A DNA stretch of 64,000 nucleotides from Basidiobolus meristosporus CBS 931.73 (GCA_002104905.1 MCFE01000045.1:62001-126000), one strand, 5' to 3'. Positions 1 to 13,064 are shown, numbered from the stretch's first letter. Numbers and translations are program-made. The notes: generated by a model from the letters alone, not told the origin.

Positions 1-715
1 ATGCTACCACAACAGCTTCACAGATCTTCAATGTCTTTTGATTTTTAGGCTTTGTTATAAACACCACCTTGTCTCCCTCCCACGCTGTGATCGGTTTTTC
101 TGTGGGCTTTATATTTGGGCACTGTTGTTGTGCTTCAAAGACTGTACAGTGTTCCTCTGCTGTTACATTGGGAAATGGCCCAATTCTTGGCTGTAACATT
201 GAGCTACTTGAGTTCCTTCTTTGCAGCAAAGATACTGCTTTCTCTAACTGGGATATTGATTGCTCTACACGTATTATCCGCTCATCCTGTTTCTGGACTA
301 CTTCCACATTTCCCTGGGCTATTGCATCTATCCTATCAGCCACCTCTTGTAGTTGCTTCATTAATGCTTTGCTATGAGCTGACAACATACTTGCTAATAT
401 GGGTGGTGGTGATGTTTTCATGGCCGCTTGCTGATCTTCAACTGAGGGTACTGCATTTGCTACATTCTCATCTACCTGAACATAACAGTCAGCTTGTGGC
501 TCTGCAGAGGTCCTCAATTGCCTACTTGACTGAGAGCCTGAGGAGTCCACATTATTACCTTCAATGGGCACACTGTCCACAGGGCCTTTTTTGGATGTAG
601 TCCCACTTGTTGCACTGAATGTCAAAGCAAGCTGTAGTCCAACTGTTCTTCTGTTGCTATCAGCAGTGGGGATTGGTTGAGAACCAGGCAACTTTGCTTT
701 ATTTTTTGGCGGCAT
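1..715 (-). pseudogene. 5' part of the unknown second gene (MPPKNKAK...) of the CACTA-like element
   Basis: Reverse strand ATG CCG CCA AAA AAT AAA GCA AAG at 715. Homologous starts at 15888 (-), 33939 (+) and 51142 (+). Contains stops and frameshifts. Confidence 0.6.
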
Positions 716-844
716 ATATATGGAAGTGAGTCAAACCAAAGGGGAAATAGTGTTACATATACTTGTGTATGTGGTGCCACAACTTTATTTATAATGCTTA
801 CTATGGCAGGTCATCATTGAATCTTACATTCATGTAGGTACAAT

Positions 845-1577
845 AGACTTGTTCTGTTGGATAGTGCCTCATTGAGCCATGAGTGCCAAATAGTGCATAG
901 TGTGCCTGAGAGTCATAGCAGACCTAAACTTGGCCACAGAGTGTGGCATATAGTTCTTCATATTCATGCAAAGCAGCCCCTGTGTTTCACCTATGGTGCA
1001 GGAGAAAATCAATTTTTTAACCTTTTTTTTGGGATCAAAATTGTGTATGACATAAAAGAGCACAGACAGACTGAAGATATGCATCTGATACATAATACTC
1101 ATGGCACTCTAAATCTAGCCCCACAGGCTTGTAGCATGTCACAAAAATGCATGGCACTATCTTGGTCCACTGGTACTATCTGGCACTATACTTAAATATT
1201 AGCCCTAAAGTAGAACCTATACAAAGCACTTATAGTGCCAGATAGTACCAGTGGACCAAGATAGTGCCATGCATTTTTGTGACATGCTACAAGCCTGTGG
1301 GGCTAGATTTAGAGTGCCATGAGTATTATGTATCAGATGCATATCTTCAGTCTGTCTGTGCTCTTTTATGTCATACACAATTTTGATCCCAAAAAAAAGG
1401 TTAAAAAATTGATTTTTGCCCGCACAGTAGGTGAAACACAGGGGCTGCTTTTCATGAATATGCAGAACTATATGTCACACTCTGTGACCAAGTTTAGGTC
1501 TGCTATGACTCTCAGGCACACTATGGCACTATTTGGCACTCATGGCTCAATGTGGCACTATCCAACAGAACAAGTCT
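845..1577. mobile_element. Foldback/palindromic non-autonomous TIR element
   Basis: Arms 845-1190 and 1231-1577 are inverted repeats around a 40-nt spacer. Termini AGACTTGTTC...GAACAAGTCT are flanked by AAT/AAT. The empty site GTGC-AAT-GTCTC is present in the paralogous copy near 16010-16022. Confidence 0.9.
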
Positions 1578-1673
1578 AATGTCTCAAATACAAGACTGTC
1601 TTAAGTTCACATGAGTATTGACCCAAAAGTGATATAATAGCATTATGTTGTTGAGGGTCAAACTGTTAGCCCC

Positions 1674-4600
1674 ATGGACAAGACTACTTTGACTCAATGC
1701 TGTAAGAGAAGAGAAAAAGACCATGTGGCTATTGTGGCAAGCCTCTCAGCCATGAAGCATGCAGACAGCATAGGAAGTATTACAAGGATCATGGCCAGTG
1801 TTTTGCCACCCAAGTCCTATTTGACCATTCATTGGTCACCACTGTACTAACATTATCTTGCCAACCAGTTGATACTTTATATTGGCACCTGGCTGTCTTT
1901 GTCACCTTGCACAAACTGAGTCAGGTGAGTTTGTGACGCCTTTAGGCTCACCTCATCCTTCTGAATATGGCACGCAGAGTGATAGCTCTGACAAAGAAGG
2001 GTCACTGATGGATTTTGAACCTATCTCCCCTAACAGCAGTTCCACATATGAGCCTGGTCAAATCCCTATATGCAATGAGACAATACCCATTGAAACAAAT
2101 GCCAAGGATACTTTATGGAGCCAAGTGAGCCCAGTAATCCATCTACTGGTGAATGATGTAATGTTGTGGCTAGAGAAGTGGCGTGTTTCCACTAATATCA
2201 GTAATGGGGGCCTTGAGGATTTATTACTACTTCTTGCCAAAATCATACCAGGATGCAACTTACCATATACATGGTATGTGTGGACAACTGTCATGCGGCT
2301 GGCAACATATGATCCAGAGACTGTCCTGATTCCAGCATATGTTAACAGTTGCATGGCATTCACATCCAAAAATGCTACCATTGCAACATGTCCAAATTGT
2401 CAGGAATCCACCACCATTGAGGGAAAACATTGTTCACTCTCCAGATATATTCCAGTCATACCCTGTCTGGGGAAGCTGATGCAGTCCAACAAATATTGCA
2501 AAGCTATACAGTACTGCACTCAGTATCAATCAAGCGCAAACATATCCAATACATTTGATGGCAAACATTACAAACTGCTAAGAAGCAAGGACTATTTTGA
2601 AGGTATGTATGACCATGCCTTTGCTTTAGCACTTGATGGATTCTCATTAAACAAATACTCTACCAGCAAATCCTGCTGGCCACTGATTCTCATCAATCTG
2701 AATCTGCCGCTGTGGTGGTGTATAAGTCCAAGGGAGAGATACGTCCAACACTTCTCAAGTGTTTTGTGTGTGGGGTGTTCACTGGGAGCAACAACCTCTG
2801 GCAAAAGCTTGCTAGGAATACTTGGGTTTTGTCTCTAATCTAATGTGAAGGGGAATAAAGCCACAAGCTTGTCAAGGGAAAACTATTGAGCTACAATCCC
2901 CAACTTAGTTGGCGTCTGAACAAAAGTATGTGCTGGGTTCAGCGTCCTTTGAGATGACAATGTACTAAAGCTTCCAAAGTCAAAACAACTGTAAACTCCA
3001 CCAGCAGGGACTTGATAAGAATGCAGCTTTGGTCAATAGTTACAAAGACAGGAAAGTATCTTTGCCTGTACAAGAACAAACTTGGGAAAGAATCAAATAT
3101 AATAAAAGATACCTACTCTGAGTATTCCTCACAAGTAGTGCCTCCAAGGTCAGTTGGCTGTCAGCGCGGTTTCCTGGGAGTGTCCTGTGGTCTAGGGTTG
3201 GAAGTTCAGGTAGCAGCAGGTAGCAGTGATCACACTAATCAACAAGTTGGTATATTGATAAAAGGGATGATGATTTATTGTAGAGGGATAGCCTCCCTTA
3301 TATACTTTTCTCACTGGCTAAGTGATTACTAATCATGGTGTTCCAAAAGGTTCCGGAGATCAACAGAAATCTTAATGACATCAGAATGACCTAAGAATGT
3401 TTCAAGTAGGTGCCGGAAGGTTCTAAGAGGCACAGCACATCCAACCAATCAGGAATCAGTATTCTGAAACCTGTGTAACATGGGGAAACCATATATGGTA
3501 TGGAAATGGTAGGGATGGTGACATGGGCTGATCATGTGTCACGGGTACTGGCGCGGGTACTTGCCTAATATAGAAGTACTTATAGCTAGTAATCTTACAT
3601 AAAGTGAGGGGTAACTTATGCAATAAGGTAAGCAGGTGTGATAGTCAACTGGCTTATGGGATAGTACTGATTGGGTAAGACAAATGGGATAAAACTAAAA
3701 TAAGTGTAGTAGAGATATTGGGAAGTAGAAAATAAGGGAATGAGCACATCTGTCAGTGGGTGTCACTGTCACCCCACTACACCGCCCATCTTACTGTATC
3801 AGAGCAATAATCTGATGGTAGTCTCACTGGTATCTGGGCCTAGATCACCATCCAACCTGGATAGCTACCTGTATCCATTGCTGGATGAATTTTGTATACC
3901 TTCCAGTGGGATAACGGTAAATGGCCATCATGTAAAAGCGCATATTAATATGTGCATTGGAGATACCCCAGCCATCAGTAAGATAGCAGGTTTTTCCAGG
4001 CACAATGGACAGTATTGCTGTTGAGTGTGTGAGATCCAGGGGATTTACTCCATAACCCACACATATTATTATTGCCCAAGCCCCAGCACTAAGAACATCA
4101 TCTTTCCACAGAGAGAACCTACAGAAGTAAGCATGATATTGCAGCAAAGTTATCAAGCTATAAGCCATTGGCCAGAATATGGAATCAATCAGAAACTGGA
4201 GATACTTAAGATTGAGGGTATCTGTTGGAGCAAAGCTTTCCACTGGGAGCAATGCATTTGCTTTTCAACAATATCCCTATACTGATGACCAAGTTGTACA
4301 TGGGGCATTTCAAGCTAAATGAGCCCTTGAAGATACTGGAGAAATTTGAAAAAATTGGCAAGATATTACTGAGTATCTGCTACCCTAAGTACTTCTCACA
4401 GGCTCCAATTAATATTCATATGCATATGCAACAATACAAATGCAAAGACTGGTTGAACTGGATATGTATTTATTGAAGTGGTGTTCTGAAGCCATTCCTA
4501 CCAAGAGCACATTGGAAGCATTGGGAGTCATATGTGGACATTGTAGAGATATTTATCCAGAAGCAGATCACCAATGCTAACTTGACACATCTACAGTTGT

Positions 4601-5375
4601 TGTGTGAGGAGTTTGTGACAGGGTTTGAGTGGCTACACTACAAGCATAAAGCTGAATGCGTAGATCTCTGCTGCTATTGTATCCATTCTCTACTCCATCT
4701 TGCATGGTGTGTGGAGAATATTGGGCCTTTCTTCACCTTTTGGTAGTTTCCTATGGAGCATATGTGTGGGGAGATAGGAAGACAAGTCAAGTTGGAGGTA
4801 CTGCCATATCCCAATCTCATCAAGAATATTACCTTCAAGTCCGTCATGGATGCAATGAATTTGCACATGGAGGACAGCCAGAAAGAGTTGAAAATACTGA
4901 CAACACATGTGAACATGGAGACACCTATCCTATGGCATTAAGAAGCTAAGCAGCCCCAATGCATGGGTAATCAGTTAAGTAATGTAAAGGTGGGTTGGGT
5001 GCAACAAGCAACTAATTTTTATCAGGAAAACTCCACCAAGATATGCCAGATTTCTCATGGTCACAAGCCAACTTCTATACCATTCAATACAGAATTCACA
5101 CAAACAAAAGCCAGTGTGCATCTATAAGGGGGACCAGAATCCAGCAGGGAGAAGGAACATATTGGCTAAATACCAAGAAGTTCTTTGCCAATATTCAGGA
5201 GGTATTCATGGCAGAAGTGGCAACAACCAAGCATATGTTTGCAAGATGTATATGCTACCAGCAGTACAAGGTATATGGCAACTTTGCAAGTGTCACACTA
5301 AAAAGCTGTAAAGTTGAGGTGATAGAAGCATGTCAACTGCAGCAGGTGTGCGCATTTGTAGAGGTTAGTAAGTAG
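1674..5375 (+). pseudogene. CACTA/EnSpm (Tnp2/Transposase_21-like) transposase, interrupted by solo LTR 2711-3781
   Basis: Motifs: N-terminal CGYCGKPLS...RQH; C(Y)VNSCMAFT...CPNCQE; ALDGF...CWPLILINLNLP; VSGPRSPSNLDSYLYPLLDEF; GDTPAISKIAGF..HNGQYCC; GAMHLLFNNI; P.EHMCGEIG. Multiple stops. Family assignment from recalled motifs, not from an HMM search. Confidence 0.8.
2711..3781 (-). mobile_element. Solo LTR, family C (about 1.07 kb)
   Basis: TG...CA ends (TGTGGTGG/CCACTACA) and 4-bp TSD CCGC. Removing it restores the transposase frame NLP|PILLYQ. Inverted homolog at 51198-52239. Orientation is tentative. Confidence 0.85.
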
Positions 5376-8300
5376 GAGGCCATAGTTTTTTTTGATTTGA
5401 ACTATATGTGGGATACCCAAGGTAGTAGTGGGTAGGCAAATAACATAAGGTGATTCTACAGTGGAATATATGATTTGCACAAGGGGAGGTAGAAAAAGGA
5501 AATACTATTTGGTAAATTGGTTTGGTAGCATTATACAGAACCATTGGCAGGCTGTCATACTGCTGAGAAAAAGCCATCAGAGTCTTGCTGTGAGGCCGTC
5601 AAAACACCGTCAAGTTTCTTGCCATATAAGGCAATTTGAAGTCCTGGCCAACTGGATCCACTTAAAATAGTAATAGAGCACTGAAAGACCTCACAATACC
5701 ATGCAAATATTGTCACAGCACCAATCAAAAATTGTCAAGTTTTATCCCTTTATTTGGCTGTAAAATTTGCAAAACACTGTCATGATCTTGTTATAAGATT
5801 GACAGGAAGGTCACTAACTCCAACCTGCTGTTATTATGATGGTCTCTACATGGGATCTTGGTGGATGCTCTAGATTGGATTCACCCTTTGGACCAAGTTA
5901 TTTTTCATAGGGCTCCATGTTCTAACTAAATTCAAATATGTGCTGAAATATAGAGCTATTTAGTATCATTCAGCAGCTAAAAGTTTATGTAACAGTTTTG
6001 GACTAGTGTTAGTCTATAGGACTAATTTACAGCCCTCAATTTGCCACTTTCTTTGAGATGTATGATTCTATCATTATTCCCTATAGTCATGATTAACTTG
6101 GCACTTTTACAAAACAATATGTACTGACCCTGAAACTATTAATGAAAGCTCCTAAATGTAAAGAAGTTCTCATAATTGAGTGTTACAGTTGTACTACTTC
6201 AACAAATGTATAGTTACACAGCTTCTTTTGTTTAGCAACAAATCACTATTATATTCATTCTTGATAAGTTCCTCATGTCTAAAACACCTCTTTGGTTGCA
6301 ACAGATTATGAGCCCTATTTGCCTTAAGTTATTGTAAAGATGACTCCTACCAGCAAACAGAACAATAAGTGCATCTTTACTCAATTGGAGAGGTTTGATG
6401 CCAAGAACTTCAGACTCTGGAGAATCAAGATGCAGCTCAACCTTGCAGAAAATATGCTGAGCAATATAGTAGAAAGAAAAGAAGGTGAGCCCAAGGGAAC
6501 AGCAAAAGAAGTTGCAAAGCTTTAACAGTAGGAGGCAAAGGTCTTTAATGCCATAGGTATCAATCTGCAAGATTCCTTCATTGGTCAGATTTATGCTTTT
6601 AATACTCCCAAATCAGCATGTGAATATTTATGGATGATCTTTAGAATAAAATCAGTATGAAGCGGCCACAGATTGATATGATAGAGCTCATTACTAGAAT
6701 AGATACACATGTAGAAGAGCTTCACAGTATCAATGATGGTGTGGATGATGAAGAAAAAATTCTCTGTTTACCTTGCAGCTTGTTGGACAAGCAAGAGCCA
6801 TCTGTGCTTTATTTTGAGGGCCAAAAAGACAATTTGAGCTTTAATAATGTCAAAGTAAGATATTTGTGTGAAGAATTCAAATATAGTTACCATGCAGAGA
6901 CAATTGAAGATAATGCCTTATTCAGCTCAGAAAGATTTACAAAAAAGGAGGGAAACAGAAAACCATCAAAAACCTGCTTGTTGTGACTACAGTACACAGC
7001 CAGGACACCAGGCAAGTGAATGTAAAAAGAACAAACTGGACAAAAAGCAGAAATAACACAAGGAGAACCTTATAACTACAGAAGAACAGCTCTTTGTATT
7101 TATGCAAGAGAGTGCAGGTAACCATACAAATGAATACTTTTTTGACTCTGGAGCATTGCATCATATTTGAAATATAAAAGAGTGGTCCAGCAGCTTAAGG
7201 ACTACTTGTGTTAGAAAGATTTACCTGGGAGACAGCTCTGCACTATAAGCTTTTGCAAGTATGTCTTTACAGCTTAACATGAACAGTACTCAGTAGCAAA
7301 AATAGCAAACCTGAATGACATAAGCTAAATGCTTGGAATAGGTAAAAACATATTCTCAGTGAGTAAAGCAACTACTCAGGGACAGAGGTATGTTTTTCCA
7401 AAGCTCAGCTGCTCAATTGTGAGAGAAAACAGACTCAAATTTGCTTCAGGAATTATAGATTATAATATTTACAAGTTATGATACAAGGTCAGTGTATCCA
7501 AGTATGTATACATTGCTGAAATCTTTGAAACTGACTGAGAGATAAGACGCTAGGACACATTTGGGAGCAGAAAATGTGCCAATTTGTGAAAATCAGCTTG
7601 TTTTACTCAACTTCAATCAGATTGAGTGTCTGTAAAGAGGTTCTTGTGGAAAGCAAGCTAGGTAGCATTTCAGGAGCTCAGGAGGCATCAATACCACCAA
7701 AACACTGGCTATTGTGCACTTAGACATACGTCAGCCCACAAGAAGAATCTTCTTTGGAGCACAGAGGCAATGATTGATTACAAGACAGCATATACATGGG
7801 CATACATTTGCTGAACTAAGGGTGTGGTGCCAGAGGTGCTTGAGCACTTCAAGAATAGGGCAGAAGCATAATCTGGGTGTAAGTTGAAGGTACTCTGATG
7901 TAATAATGGAGTGGAATGTCATGGAGTAGCAGAACATGCAAATAGGACAATAGCAGAGATGGGAAGATGTGGCTCACATGAAAAGGGAATGAACCTCAAG
8001 TTCTGGGCTAAATCCGTTGCTACTGCCATATACATCAAGAGTCATTGCCCAACAACAGCACCACATGACTCTACACCCTCTGAAGTATATACTGGTAGAA
8101 AACCAGATCTCCACAACTTCAGGATCTTTGGAGGCAATGTTTTCTATCACATTCCCAACAGAAATGCTCCAAGCTGGAACCAAGAAGTAGAGAATGGATC
8201 TCTTTTGACTATTGTGAAGATACTTGAGGGTATAGAGTGTATGAAGGCAAAATTCACATGCTAATCATATGCAGGGAGGTTGTAAATGAGGTTGATACAG

Positions 8301-9122
8301 ATCAAAAAGCTGCTGAGATCATTGGACAGCAGCCTGGTGATGCAATAACCACTAATGAAGAAGATATGTGTTCAATTTTGCCAGATACAGCAGAAAACTC
8401 TACCAGTTGTGGCTCTGACTAGATTTACCTGGATATAACATTGATAAGTATATAGAAGGCCCCAGGATCTTGGTGGCAGACATTCAAAGAACATGAAGAT
8501 GCTTGTTGTGCCTCATATGTTAAACCTGAGAATTGGGAACTGGCTATGCAAAGTTCAGTTGCTGGTATATGGAAACAACCCTGCAGGAGGGGTACAAGTC
8601 ACTGAAGAAAGCAGAATATCAGACCTAGTAGATTTACCACATAGTAAAAAGTCAATAGGATTCAGATTAATTTACAAAATCAAGATACTCTCCAATGGTA
8701 GCATTGATAGATTCAAAACTAGATTGATGGCAAAAGGAAATCTCCTGATTTAGGCACTAGACTTTAAGGAAAACTTACTCTGGTAGGCAAGTTTAACTCC
8801 ATAAGGACAGCACTAGTCCTGGTAGCTGTACATGGTCTGGATCCACATCAAACAGACACCAAAACATCCTTTCTGGATGGGGATCTGCAAAAACTATCTA
8901 TATAGAGTAACCATTAGACTTTATCAGCCCAAAATACTCATATAAGGTGCACAGACCTGGAAAATTGTTGCATGGGCTTGAGCAGGCACCTGGAGGATGG
9001 TATAACAAGATCAACACATACCTAGCGGACAATGTGTTTCTTGTTAGCATTGCAAACTACAGTATAATGTGAAACAGCTTAGGATGGAATGCTTATGCTG
9101 GTACCCTATGAGGATAGCCTAT

Positions 9123-9491
9123 TGTTATGATCTGCCGCTTGAATGTTTAAGTTAGATCAGTTTTTAGTCAAATCAATTAGTTATATGTTTAGGTTATCAG
9201 TATATCAGTATTATCTATCAAATCAGTAGCATTAGTCAGCAAATGAATCAGCAGATCCTTATCAGACAGAAATAGATATATTAAGTAGGATCTTATTGGG
9301 TGATGATGATGCAATCAAATGAGTCATCAGCCACAACCTGCATCAGAAAATACAATTAGTCAACAATTGATCTGGCAAAATGTATATAGGGAGCTGCTGG
9401 AACCACAATAAAGATCAGTTCAAGTTTTAGTGAATGCAATACTAGCTAAACTCCCTGTTCCTCTACAACTCTTATACCAAGACTTGTAACA
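9123..9491 (+). mobile_element. Solo LTR, gypsy family E
   Basis: TGTTATGATCTGCC...CTTGTAACA, homologous to the LTRs of 19839-28462. 4-bp TSD CTAT/CTAT. Confidence 0.9.
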
Positions 9492-9931
9492 CTATTAATA
9501 GCAACAGGTCACCAGGCAATACCTAAGCATAATCTAAGCACTTCAGCAAGCCAGAGATAATAAATCACTAGAATCAAGCCATTTTCCTGTGATCAAAGTC
9601 TTATTTGATGTACATATACAGAAAACTGGGCTAAATCAGTTTAACTACATTGGGTGAGCTCTTAGATGCTTCAAAATGGAAAATTGCAAGCCTGGAGCAA
9701 CCATCATGGACAATAACCTAAGATGGAGCAAATTGTAGCCAGTTTTAGATGGAACAGTGCAAATATGGACCAAAACTTCTGCTACTCATAAATGGTTGGT
9801 AGCCTTGTGTACTTGATGGTGTCTACACATCCAGATATTGCAGTGGCAGTTAAAATAGTCAATCAATTTTTGCAGAACTACAGATCTCATTACATTACTG
9901 CAGGTGAGCAAGTTTTCAGATATTGTCAAGG

Positions 9932-10297
9932 TGTTATAATCTACCGCTTGAATGTTTAAGTCAGATTGTTTTTGGTCAAATCAATTAGTTATATATTTGG
10001 CATATCAGTACATCAGTGTTATCTATCAAATCAGTACATTAGTCACCAAATGAATCAGCAGATCTCTATCAGACAGAAATAGACATTTTAGATAGAATCT
10101 TATTGGGTGATGATCATACAATCAGGTGAGTGATCAGCCACAACCTACAATAGAATATATAATTTGTCAGCAATTGATCTAGCAAAATGTATTTATGGAG
10201 CTGCTGGAACCTCAATAAAATCATTTCAATTCTGAGTAAATACAATACTGCCCAAGCTCCCAATTCCCCTACAGCTCATATACCATGACTTGTAACA
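9932..10297 (+). mobile_element. Solo LTR, gypsy family E (older)
   Basis: TGTTATAATCTACC...CTTGTAACA. Degenerate 4-bp TSD (AAGG/ATGA) inferred by comparison with the family A RT sequence. Confidence 0.8.
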
Positions 10298-10946
10298 ATG
10301 ATACCATAAATTTGGATTGGGAATACTCTAATGCAGCAAATAGGCAGAAAATTAATGGTTACAGTGGTTTGGATTATGTAAGTGATCTTATTGATAGATG
10401 CATCACCACAGGGTATGTGCTTTTACATGCAGGTGCAGCTACCACTATAACTGCAAGACACAGCTGTGGCCCTCTGTTCAACTAAGGTACAGTCTGCAAA
10501 GGCTTGTTGAGCAAGTAAGGTGGCTGTATGGCTATACTTATTACTCAGGGACCTAGGCTTTGCCTTGGTAGAACCATCATAAATATGGAAGGATAATCAT
10601 TGTTATATTTCATTACCTACAAGTCATACTAATCATGCCAAAATTACAAATATAGATATAGAACACCACTGTAGAAAATAACTTACTAGAGATAGTTCCC
10701 TGCCCAACTGACTAATGGTGGCAGAAACATTGACAAAGCCACTAACTAGGCTACAGTTTAAGAATTTCTGGGAAATTAGGATCAATTATTATTTACTTAA
10801 GTGGGAGTGTTAGAATATTAGACTATTTGGTATCACTCAGCAGCTAAACATTTAAGCAACAATTCTGAACTAATTTCACACACTGCAGGTTTAACTTACA
10901 GCCCTAGTTTTGCGACTATCTCTCAGATCTATGTTCCTTTTGTTAT

Positions 10947-11642
10947 TGTTGTATCCAAGAAAAAGTGTAATAAAACTCTTGAATGGTTTAACTGAACCAA
11001 AGGGACAATTAAGTGCAGAATCTTAGAATTGTCAGAGAGTGGCGGAAATATTAGCAGAAAGATTCTGATCTAATATTGGTCTTGGATATAGCTGGGTTGG
11101 CTATAAAGGCAATGATATTTGTTTGCTAGGCAGGCTAAGCTTGGTGTTCTTTGGAGTGCTAGATATACTAGGCTTGGATAGAAACTAGAATGGAATTGTT
11201 GGATTCTTATTTTTGCTGAGACAGAATCTTAATTTTGTTGAGACACACACTAAACCAAAAGGTTCAGTAAACTTTATTTATACTTTTCTGATCAAGTTGA
11301 ATTAGTAAGCGCCAAGGGACTGGATTGATTGAAATCAATTTGGGTGTTCATAGGTGCGTAAGATAAATGAAAATTACATCCTCAATCAACTGATGTCTTG
11401 GCAACTGCACCATGGTTGGATAGATCTCAGATGACTAATCACCTGGGAAGGCTTGGCAGATAGGTTGATAACGTAATGACCATTTGAAAATAGATCAGGT
11501 GTGATAGCTAAAAATAGATTCTGAGGTGGGATAAAATAAACTGTAACTGGGATTTGTTATATTTGGGTTAGGGAAAATCAGTTAGGGTACTAGATTTCAA
11601 ACGGAGTAAAATTGGCAAAGTTTTAAATGTTGATGCACAACA
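10947..11642 (-). mobile_element. Solo LTR, family D (696 bp)
   Basis: TGTTG...CAACA with 5-bp TSD GTTAT/GTTAT, inside the 3' LTR of the degenerate copia. TATAAATAAA on the minus strand suggests orientation. Confidence 0.85.
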
Positions 11643-11819
11643 GTTATCTACTCAAAGTTAGAATCAAGTAAGCACATTTACTGCTTACTCAGGGTTATGG
11701 TTGTGTAACTTCAACAAATGTGTAAATACAGAGCTTCTTTATGAATAAACAACAGTTCAACTATTATCAGTGTATCTCAATAAGTCTTTTTTGTCAAAAG
11801 CACCTCAAAAGTTCCAGCA

Positions 11820-12560
11820 ATATGAAGGGCTTGCAGGTTTTACCCTTTATAAATTTCAATATGGCAGCACTTTCAACTTATCTTGTCTTCCTTTCACTGC
11901 ACACATATGCTTCATAGGAGACCCCCAAAAGTTGAACCAAGGTTCAATGTTTTCCACATACTGAGTAAGATGCAGTAGAAAATGGGTATAGAAGCAGCAG
12001 CTACCTACACATTTGGCTTTATGGATATAATATAGTCACCCAAATCCTGTCACAAACTCACAGCATAAACGCTGTAGGTGCAGCAACTTGAAGTTGGTGC
12101 TTGGCTTCTGGATGAATTATTCTGTAATGTAGGCAGTCAAATACAATACTTCCAATGTACTCTACATGGAAATGGCTCCAGAAGGCCACTTGAACTATTG
12201 GATATCTAGCTCATCCAGTACTTGCATTTGTATCAAAACTAAGGTATAAGAATATTGATTGAAGCTTGTGGGAGGCACTCTGGGTAGCATATTCTTAGCA
12301 AATTCTTGCCAATTATTATGTATTTACAAGGTGTCTCCATTAGCCCATTTAGCTTGAGATGCCCCATGTGTTACTTGGTTATCAATTTAGGGATACTGAT
12401 GCAAAGTATATTCACTGCTGACAGTGAAATGCTTTTGCTTGCACAAATACCCTATGCTTTAAGTATCCCTGGTTTCCATTTGTGGATTCCGGCCACAGGT
12501 TTGTAGCTTGCCCACTTTGATCCAATCACATGCTGACTTCTATTTGTTCTCTATATGGAA
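11820..12560 (-). pseudogene. CACTA-like transposase fragment (diverged)
   Basis: Reverse-complement similarity to about 4150-4870. It continues at 5913-5940 on the other side of the copia insertion. Confidence 0.65.
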
Positions 12561-12779
12561 AGTTGGTTTTGTTAGTGTGTGTTAGTCATGGTGTACATCT
12601 ACTCAATCTCCCACATTTTAGTGTTTTCACTATACATAATTCTAAACAGGTGAAGCAACTTCCAATATTGCTCACATGCTTCACCAGATGCAGTAGTACA
12701 TGGATGCAGCAGAGGCAGAGATTTGAGTGCTCAGCATTATGCCTGTAGTGTGGTCACTGAAATCCCAACATAAGTAAGA

Positions 12780-13040
12780 TGCTATATATATGCAGAAGGG
12801 TAGCAAAGCCCTTCAGTGGTGCAACTTACCAAAAGGGTTAATTGACTGTATAATCTTAGGATTGTCAGAGAGTGGCTTTTATATTGGTAGAAACATTTAC
12901 ATTCAATCCTAATTATGTAGATAGCTAATCTTGGCTATAAAGCAATGGAGTTGGCTTATAATGCAGGCTGAGCTTAGTGCTCTTGAGAGTTCCAGATATG
13001 CCAGGCTTGAATTAACACTAAAACAAGACTTTCAAACATT
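12780..13040 (-). mobile_element. Fragment of family D LTR
   Basis: Similar to 10960-11200 (AATCTTAGGATTGTCAGAGAGTGGC, GGCTATAAAG, GCAGGCTGAGCTT). Ends not defined. Confidence 0.5.
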
Positions 13041-13064
13041 TAGTCCTCAGAGTAACAATATTGA

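Larger units (their letters stand above)
1..5912 (+). mobile_element. CACTA/EnSpm-like DNA transposon copy (left part outside window), decayed, with nested insertions
   Basis: Transposase remnant on + and second gene on -. Right terminus TTATTTTTCATAGGG ends at 5912, matching the inverted terminus CCCTATGA(A/G)AAAT seen at 28966, 35356, 48808, 17570, 30379 and 53772. Confidence 0.75.
5941..11819 (+). mobile_element. Degenerate Ty1/copia element related to family A, with three nested solo LTRs
   Basis: 5' LTR 5941-6303, PBS GATTATGAGCCC, decayed gag-PR-IN-RT-RH homologous to 35873-39790. 3' LTR 10808-11819 is split by LTR D. 5-bp TSD ATATG/ATATG. Confidence 0.85.

Noticed and set aside
69-600. 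Hydrophobic plus-strand ORFs (also 15234-15595) resembling membrane proteins
   Set aside because: They are antisense shadows of the decayed CACTA second gene, and their frames are not conserved between copies.
3012-3332. 106-aa ORF inside LTR C, repeated at 51666-51938
   Set aside because: It starts at TTG, has different stop positions in the two copies and has no recognisable domain.
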